64,000 nt of DNA from Escherichia phage vB_EcoM_IME537. The stretch lies in sequence record NC_054921.1; one strand, written 5' to 3'. Positions 57,532 through 64,000 of this stretch are shown one piece after another (position 1 is the stretch's first letter; the number at the start of each line of letters is the position of its first letter). A program made the position numbers and the translations under genes. The notes beneath the pieces are model-generated. The model had not been told where the DNA came from, made no database searches, and worked only from the letters and a program-made list of their open reading frames with translations.

Positions 57532-60500
57532 ATGGCCGAGATTAAAAGAAAGTTCAGAGCAGAAGATGGTCTGGACGCAGGTGGCGATAAAATAATCAAC
57601 GTAGCTTTAGCTGATCGTACCGTAGGAACTGACGGTGTTAACGTTGATTACTTAATTCAAGAAAACACAGTTCAACAATATGATCCAACTCGTGGATATT
57701 TAAAAGATTTTGTAATCATTTATGATAACCGCTTTTGGGCTGCTATAAATGATATTCCAAAACCAGCAGGAGCTTTTAATAGTGTACGCTGGAGAGCGTT
57801 ACGTACCGATGCTAATTGGACAACTGTTTCATCAGGACCTTATCAATTAAAATCAGGCGAATCAATTTCAGTTGATACTGCAGCTGGTAATGACATTACA
57901 TTTACTTTGCCATCTTCTCCAATTGATGGAGATACTATCGTTCTTCAAGATATTGGTGGAAAACCTGGTGTTAACCAAGTTTTAATTGTAGCTCCAGTGC
58001 AAAGCATTGTAAACTTCAGAGGCGAACAAGTACGTTCAGTACTAATGACTCATCCAAAATCGCAGATAGTTTTAATTTTTAGTAATCGTCTGTGGCAAAT
58101 GTATGTTGCTGATTATAGCAGAGAAGCTGTAGTCGTAACACCGGCAAGTCTTTATCAGGCGCAATCTAACGATTTTATCGTACGTAGATTTACTTCTGCT
58201 GCACCAATTAATGTTAAACTTCCAAGATTTGCTAATCATGGCGATATTATTAATTTCGTCGATTTAGATAAACTAAATCCGCTTTATCATACAATTGTTA
58301 CTACATACGATGAAACGACTTCAATACAAGAAGTTGGAACTCATTCCATTGAAGGCCGTACAACGATTGACGGTTTCTTGATGTTTGATGATAATGAGAA
58401 ATTGTGGAGATTGTTTGACGGGGATAGTAAAGCACGTTTACGTATTATAACAACTAATTCTAGTATTCGTCCAAATGAAGAAGTTATGGTATTTGGTGCG
58501 AATAACGGAACAACTCAGACAATTGAACTTCAGCTTCCGACTGATATTTCTGTTGGTGATACTGTTAAAATTTCCATGAATTACATGAGAAAAGGACAAA
58601 CAGTTAAAATCAAAGCTGCCGGTGAAGATAAAATTGCTTCTTCAGTTCAATTGCTGCAATTCCCAAAACGCTCAGAATATCCGCCTGAAACTAAATGGGT
58701 TACAGTTCAAGAATTAGTTTTTAATGGTGAAACTAATTATGTTCCAGTTTTAGAGCTTGCTTATATAGAAGATTCTGATGGAAAATACTGGGTTGTACAA
58801 CAAAACGTGCCAACTGTAGAAAGAGTTGATTCTTTAAATGATTCTACTAGAGCAAGATTAGGCGTAATTGCTTTAGCTACACAAGCTCAAGCTAATGCTG
58901 ATTTAGAAAATTCTCCACAAAAAGAATTAGCAATTACACCAGAAACATTAGCTAACCGTACTGCTACAGAAACTCGTAGAGGTATCGCAAGAATAGCAAC
59001 TACTGCCCAAGTGAACCAGGACACTACATTCTCTTTTGCTGATGATATTATCATCACTCCTAAAAAGCTGAATGAAAGAACTGCTACAGAAACTCGTAGA
59101 GGTGTTGCTGAAATTGCTACGCAGCAAGAAACTAACGCAGGTACTGATGATACTACAATCATCACTCCTAAAAAGCTTCAAGCTCGTCAAGGTTCTGAAT
59201 CATTATCTGGTATTGTAACCTTTGTATCTACTGCAGGTGCTACTCCAGCTTCTAGCCGTGAATTAAATGGTACGAATGTTTATAATAAAAACACTGATAA
59301 TTTAGTTGTTTCGCCTAAAGCTTTAGATCAGTATAAAGCTACTCCAACACAGCAAGGTGCAGTAATTTTAGCAGTTGAAAGTGAAGTAATTGCTGGACAA
59401 AGCCAAGAAGGATGGGCAAATGCGGTTGTAACGCCAGAAACGTTACATAAAAAGACATCAACTGATGCAAGAATTGGTTTAATTGAAATTGCTACGCAAA
59501 GTGAAGTTAATACAGGAACTGATTATACTCGTGCAGTCACTCCGAAAACTTTAAATGACCGTATAGCAACTGAAAGTTTAAGTGGTATAGCTGAAATTGC
59601 TACGCAAGTTGAATTCGACGCAGGCGTCGACGATACTCGTATCTCTACACCATTAAAAATTAAAACTAGATTTAACAGTACTGATCGTACTTCTGTTGTT
59701 GCTCTATCTGGATTAGTTGAATCAGGAACTCTCTGGGACCATTATACCCTTAATATTCTTGAAGCAAATGAGACACAACGTGGTACACTTCGTGTAGCTA
59801 CACAAGTTGAAGCTGCTGCAGGAACATTGGATAATGTTTTAATAACTCCTAAAAAGCTTTTAGGTACTAAATCTACCGAATCGCAGGAAGGTGTTATTAA
59901 AGTTGCAACTCAGTCTGAAACTGTAGCTGGAACGTCAGCAAATACTGCTGTATCTCCAAAAAATTTAAAATGGATTGTGCAGAGTGAACCTACTTGGGCA
60001 GCTACTACCCTGGTAAGAGGTTTTGTTAAAACTTCATCTGGTTCAATTACATTCGTTGGTAATGATACGGTAGGTTCAACACAGCCATTAGAATCATACG
60101 AGAAAAATAGCTATGCAGTATCGCCATATGAATTAAACCGTGTATTAGCAAATTATTTGCCGTTAAAAGCAAAAGCTGTAGATAGTAATTTACTGGATGG
60201 TCTAGATTCATCTCAGTTCATTCGTAGGGATATTGCACAAACGGTTAATGGTTCACTAACCTTAACCCAACAAACGAATCTGAGTGCCCCTCTTGTATCA
60301 TCTAGTACTGCTACGTTTGGTGGATCAGTTTCGGCAAATAGTACACTAACCATTTCTAATACAGGAGCCCCGACCAGTATCGTTTTCGAAAAAGGTCCTG
60401 CATCTGGGGCAAATCCTGCACAGTCAATGAGTATTCGTGTATGGGGTAACCAATTTGGCGGCGGTAGTGATACGACTCGTTCGACAGTGTTTGAAGTTGG

Positions 60501-61401
60501 CGATGAAACATCTCATCACTTTTATTCTCAACGTAATAAAGACGGTACTATAGCGTTTATCATTAATGGTACTGTAATGCCAATAAATGTTAATGCTTTA
60601 GGTTCTTTGAATGCGAATGGCGTTGCAACATTCGGTAGTTCAGTTACTGCTAATGGCGAATTTATCAGTAAATCATCGAATGCTTTCAGAGCAATAAATG
60701 GTGATTACGGGTTCTTTATTCGTAATGATGCTGCTAACACTTATTTTATGCTTACTGCATCTGGTGATCAGACTGGTGGATTTAATGGATTACGTCCATT
60801 ATCAATTAATAATCAATCTGGTCAGGTTACAATTGGTGAAAGCTTAATCATTGCCAAAGGTGCTACTATAAATTCAGGTGGTTTGACTGTTAACTCGAGA
60901 ATTCGTTCTCAAGGTACTAAAACTGCTGACCTATACACCCGTGCACCGACATCTGATACTGTAGGATTCTGGTCAATCGATATTAATGATTCAGCCACTT
61001 ATAACCAGTTCCCGGGTTATTTTAAAATGGTTGAAAAAACTAATGAAGTGACTGGGCTTCCATACTTAGAACGCGGTGAAGAGGTTAAATCTCCTGGTAC
61101 GCTGACTCAGTTTGGTAACACACTCGATTCGCTTTACCAAGATTGGATTACTTATCCAACGACCCCAGAAGCGCGCACCACTCGTTGGACGCGTACATGG
61201 CAGAAAACCAAAAACTCTTGGTCAAGTTTTGTTCAGGTATTTGATGGGGGTAACCCTCCTCAGCCATCTGATATTGGTGCTTTACCATCTGATAATGCTA
61301 TAATGGGGAATCTTACTATTCGTGATTTCTTACGAATTGGTAATGTTCGCATTATTCCTGACCCAGTGAATAAAACGGTTAAATTTGAATGGGTTGAATA
61401 A
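57532..61401 (+). CDS. 34: Long tail fibre proximal subunit gp34
   Basis: 1289 aa, synteny. Confidence 0.95.
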   Translation: MAEIKRKFRAEDGLDAGGDKIINVALADRTVGTDGVNVDYLIQENTVQQYDPTRGYLKDFVIIYDNRFWAAINDIPKPAGAFNSVRWRALRTDANWTTVSSGPYQLKSGESISVDTAAGNDITFTLPSSPIDGDTIVLQDIGGKPGVNQVLIVAPVQSIVNFRGEQVRSVLMTHPKSQIVLIFSNRLWQMYVADYSREAVVVTPASLYQAQSNDFIVRRFTSAAPINVKLPRFANHGDIINFVDLDKLNPLYHTIVTTYDETTSIQEVGTHSIEGRTTIDGFLMFDDNEKLWRLFDGDSKARLRIITTNSSIRPNEEVMVFGANNGTTQTIELQLPTDISVGDTVKISMNYMRKGQTVKIKAAGEDKIASSVQLLQFPKRSEYPPETKWVTVQELVFNGETNYVPVLELAYIEDSDGKYWVVQQNVPTVERVDSLNDSTRARLGVIALATQAQANADLENSPQKELAITPETLANRTATETRRGIARIATTAQVNQDTTFSFADDIIITPKKLNERTATETRRGVAEIATQQETNAGTDDTTIITPKKLQARQGSESLSGIVTFVSTAGATPASSRELNGTNVYNKNTDNLVVSPKALDQYKATPTQQGAVILAVESEVIAGQSQEGWANAVVTPETLHKKTSTDARIGLIEIATQSEVNTGTDYTRAVTPKTLNDRIATESLSGIAEIATQVEFDAGVDDTRISTPLKIKTRFNSTDRTSVVALSGLVESGTLWDHYTLNILEANETQRGTLRVATQVEAAAGTLDNVLITPKKLLGTKSTESQEGVIKVATQSETVAGTSANTAVSPKNLKWIVQSEPTWAATTLVRGFVKTSSGSITFVGNDTVGSTQPLESYEKNSYAVSPYELNRVLANYLPLKAKAVDSNLLDGLDSSQFIRRDIAQTVNGSLTLTQQTNLSAPLVSSSTATFGGSVSANSTLTISNTGAPTSIVFEKGPASGANPAQSMSIRVWGNQFGGGSDTTRSTVFEVGDETSHHFYSQRNKDGTIAFIINGTVMPINVNALGSLNANGVATFGSSVTANGEFISKSSNAFRAINGDYGFFIRNDAANTYFMLTASGDQTGGFNGLRPLSINNQSGQVTIGESLIIAKGATINSGGLTVNSRIRSQGTKTADLYTRAPTSDTVGFWSIDINDSATYNQFPGYFKMVEKTNEVTGLPYLERGEEVKSPGTLTQFGNTLDSLYQDWITYPTTPEARTTRWTRTWQKTKNSWSSFVQVFDGGNPPQPSDIGALPSDNAIMGNLTIRDFLRIGNVRIIPDPVNKTVKFEWVE
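58960..59176 (+). repeat. Direct repeats inside gene 34 (24-bp ACTGCTACAGAAACTCGTAGAGGT twice; ATCACTCCTAAAAAGCT twice)
   Basis: exact repeats encoding the reiterated TATETRRG and ITPKKL motifs. Confidence 0.7.
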
Positions 61402-61409
61402 GAGGTATT

Positions 61410-62525
61410 ATGGAAAAATTTATGGCAGAGTTTGGACAAGGATATGTCCAAACGCCATTTTTATCGGAAAGCAATTCAGTAAGATACAAAATAAGTATAG
61501 CGGGTTCTTGCCCGCTTTCTACAGCAGGACCGTACGTTAAATTTCAGGATAATCCTGTCGGAAATCAAACATTTAATGCAGGTCTTCATTTAAGAGTTTT
61601 TGACCCTTCTACAGGAGCATTAGTTGATAGTAAGTCATATGCTTTTTCGACTTCAAATGATACTACATCAGCTGCTTTTGTTAGTTTCATGAATTCTTTT
61701 TCAAACAACAGACTTGTTGCTATATTAACTAGCGGAAAGGTTAATTTTCCTCCTGAGGTAGTATCTTGGCTAAGAACCGCAGGAACGTCTGCTTTTCCAT
61801 CTGACTCTATATTGTCAAGATTTGACGTATCATATGCTGCTTTTTACACTTCTTCTAAAAGAGCTATTGCATTAGAACATGTTAAATTAAGCAATAGAAA
61901 AAGCACAGATGACTATCAAACTATTTTAGATGTTGTATTTGATAGTTTAGAAGACGTTGGAGCTACAGGATTTCCTAAAAGAACATACGAAAGCGTTGAG
62001 CAATTTATGTCAGCGGTTGGTGGAACTAATAACGAAATTGCACGTTTACCAACTTCATCCGCGATAAGTAAACTCTCTGATTATAATTTAATTCCTGGCG
62101 ATGTTCTTTATCTTAAAGCACAGCTATATGCTGATGTCGATTTACTTGCGCTTGGAACTACAAATATATCTATCCGTTTTTATGATGAATCGAATGGATA
62201 TATTTCTTCAACACATGCTGAGTTTACTGGACAAGCTGGGTCATGGGAATTAAAGGAAGATTATGTAGTTATTCCAGAAAATGCAGTAGGATTTACGATA
62301 TATGCACAAAGAACTGCCCAAGCAGGTCAAGGTGGCATGAGAAATTTAAGCTTTTCTGAAGTATCAAGAAACGGCGGAATTTCAAAACCTGCTGAATTTG
62401 GCGTCAATGGTATTCGAGTTAATTATGTCTGTGAATCTGCTTCACCTCCGGATATAATGGTACTTCCTACACAAGCATCGTCTAAAACTGGTAAAGTGTT
62501 TGGGCAAGAATTTAGAGAAGTTTAA
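61410..62525 (+). CDS. 35: Long tail fibre hinge protein gp35
   Basis: 371 aa, synteny. Confidence 0.9.
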   Translation: MEKFMAEFGQGYVQTPFLSESNSVRYKISIAGSCPLSTAGPYVKFQDNPVGNQTFNAGLHLRVFDPSTGALVDSKSYAFSTSNDTTSAAFVSFMNSFSNNRLVAILTSGKVNFPPEVVSWLRTAGTSAFPSDSILSRFDVSYAAFYTSSKRAIALEHVKLSNRKSTDDYQTILDVVFDSLEDVGATGFPKRTYESVEQFMSAVGGTNNEIARLPTSSAISKLSDYNLIPGDVLYLKAQLYADVDLLALGTTNISIRFYDESNGYISSTHAEFTGQAGSWELKEDYVVIPENAVGFTIYAQRTAQAGQGGMRNLSFSEVSRNGGISKPAEFGVNGIRVNYVCESASPPDIMVLPTQASSKTGKVFGQEFREV

Positions 62526-62530
62526 ATTGA

Positions 62531-62556
62531 GGGAGCCTTCGGGTTCCCTTTTTCTT
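62531..62556 (+). terminator. Terminator GGGAGCC-TTCG-GGTTCCC plus T-run after gene 35
   Basis: 7-bp stem (one G-U pair), tetraloop, TTTTTCTTT. Confidence 0.6.
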
Positions 62557-62564
62557 TATAAATA
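62557..62564 (+). promoter_or_regulatory. Late promoter TATAAATA for gene 36
   Basis: exact box about 24 nt upstream of the ATG. Confidence 0.55.
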
Positions 62565-62587
62565 CTATTAAAATAAAGGGGCATACA

Positions 62588-63244
62588 ATGGCTGATTTAA
62601 AAGTAGGTTCAACAACTGGAGGCTCTGTCATTTGGCATCAAGGAAATTTTCCATTGAATCCAGCCGGTGACGATGTACTCTATAAATCATTTAAAATATA
62701 TTCAGAATACAATAAACCACAAGCTACTGATAACGATTTCGTTTCTAAAGCTAATGGTGGTACGTATTTAAATAAAGTAATTTTTAATAAAGGAATGACT
62801 GTTCCTGGTGCAGGGTCAGGTGACAATGGTATTTTTGCTGGTCCTGGTGATAATGCCACGTATGATACTACAAATATGGATATTGTTTCTTGGTATGGTA
62901 TTGGTTTTAAATCATCACAAGGAACAGCAGGTAGAACTGTAGTAATTAACACGCGAAATGGAGATATTAGCTCAAAGGGTGTAATTGAAGCATCACAAAT
63001 ACGCGCAACTTCATTATCACCAGTAAATAATTATGACCTTACACGGAAAGATTATGTTGATGGAGCAATAAATATTGTTACAGCAAACGCAAACTCTAGG
63101 GTATTACGCTCTGGAGACACTATGACAGGAAATTTGACTGCGCCAAACCTTTTTTCACAGAATCCTGCATCTCAACCCTCGCATGTTCCGCGATTTGACC
63201 AAATTGTTATTAAGGATTCTGTTCAAGATTTCGGCTATTATTAA
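62588..63244 (+). CDS. 36: Long tail fibre distal small subunit gp36
   Basis: 218 aa, synteny. Confidence 0.9.
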   Translation: MADLKVGSTTGGSVIWHQGNFPLNPAGDDVLYKSFKIYSEYNKPQATDNDFVSKANGGTYLNKVIFNKGMTVPGAGSGDNGIFAGPGDNATYDTTNMDIVSWYGIGFKSSQGTAGRTVVINTRNGDISSKGVIEASQIRATSLSPVNNYDLTRKDYVDGAINIVTANANSRVLRSGDTMTGNLTAPNLFSQNPASQPSHVPRFDQIVIKDSVQDFGYY

Positions 63245-63252
63245 GAGGACTT

Positions 63253-64000
63253 ATGGCTACTTTAAAACAAATACAATTTAAAAGAAGCAAAACTGCAGGA
63301 GCACGTCCTGCCGCTTCAGTATTAGCCGAAGGTGAATTGGCTATAAACTTAAAAGACCGCGTACTTTTTACTAAAGATGACCAAGGAAATATTATTGATC
63401 TTGGTTTTGCTAAGGGCGGTAGTATTGACGGGAATGTTATTCATATAGGAAATTATAATCAAACTGGTGATTATACTTTAAATGGCACCTTCACTCAGAC
63501 AGGTAATTTTAATTTAACTGGTATTGCTCGAGTAACTCGCGATATTATTGCCGCCGGGCAGATTATGACTGAGGGCGGAGAACTTATTACAAAAAGTTCA
63601 GGTACAGCGCATGTTCGTTTTTTCGATGGCAATAGCCGCGAACGTGGAATCATTTATGCCCCGGCTAATGATGGTTTAACTACACAAGTACTTAATATCA
63701 GGGTTCAAGATTATGCTGCAGGAAGCGAAAGCACCTATGCATTTTCAGGCAGTGGACTATTTACTTCACCTGAAGTATCAGCATGGAAATCTATTTCGTC
63801 TCCACAAATTCTAACCAACAAAGTCATTACTAATAATAAATCTACGGGCGATTATGACATCTATTCGATGGCAGACAATGTTCCACTGTCTGAAAGCACT
63901 ACTGCTATTAATCATCTACGTGTCATGCGCAATGCAGTTGGTTCTGGTATTTTCCATGAAGTTAAAGATAATGATGGAATAACATGGTATAGTGGAGATG
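63253..64000 (+). CDS. 37: Long tail fibre distal large subunit gp37 (receptor-binding), 3' partial
   Basis: MATLKQIQFKRSKTAGARPAASVLAEGELAINLKDR...; runs off the window. Confidence 0.9.
   Translation, partial: MATLKQIQFKRSKTAGARPAASVLAEGELAINLKDRVLFTKDDQGNIIDLGFAKGGSIDGNVIHIGNYNQTGDYTLNGTFTQTGNFNLTGIARVTRDIIAAGQIMTEGGELITKSSGTAHVRFFDGNSRERGIIYAPANDGLTTQVLNIRVQDYAAGSESTYAFSGSGLFTSPEVSAWKSISSPQILTNKVITNNKSTGDYDIYSMADNVPLSESTTAINHLRVMRNAVGSGIFHEVKDNDGITWYSGD

Noticed and set aside
58887-59190. Two - strand ORFs inside gene 34
   Set aside because: They fall within the repeat-rich part of the tail fibre gene; antisense, no signals.

Overview
This window is a near-complete slice of a T4-like (T-even, Tevenvirinae) myovirus genome, read from sequence and the ORF track only; no searches were run, and comparisons to T4 are from memory. 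Gene order is collinear with T4: fibritin (wac, 5' partial), neck/tail/terminase/head genes 13-24 on the + strand, rnlB-24.2-24.3-hoc-inh on the - strand, uvsW/uvsY, baseplate hub genes 25-26-51-27-28-29-48-54, then a long - strand early region (alt, 30 ligase, a translationally coupled 30.x block, rIII, 31, cd, pseT, spanins, alc, rnlA, denA, nrdB, nrdA, td, frd, 32, 59, 33, dsbA, rnh), and finally long-tail-fibre genes 34-35-36 and the start of 37. Many T4-type late promoters (TATAAATA), early promoters (GTTTAC -35 with an 18-nt spacer) and tetraloop hairpin terminators are visible. The most interesting departure from T4 is that nrdA is in two pieces, split exactly between the active-site NxCxE motif and the next catalytic Cys by a free-standing HNH endonuclease gene that is a paralogue of the mobE-position HNH gene sitting between nrdA and nrdB. 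The new junction ends carry a basic tail and an acidic head. Other departures: hoc is frameshifted at an A8 tract, gene 32 has lost its stop and reads through a T11 tract into a small downstream acidic ORF, a 68-aa basic ORF sits between frd and td, a conserved Cys/His-motif ORF upstream of nrdA is disrupted, a decayed copy of the alt 5' end lies downstream of alt, and a 53-nt early promoter cassette occurs twice. td and nrdB have no introns. The ORF track also accepts GTG/TTG starts, so several starts were moved to the internal ATG that has an RBS.
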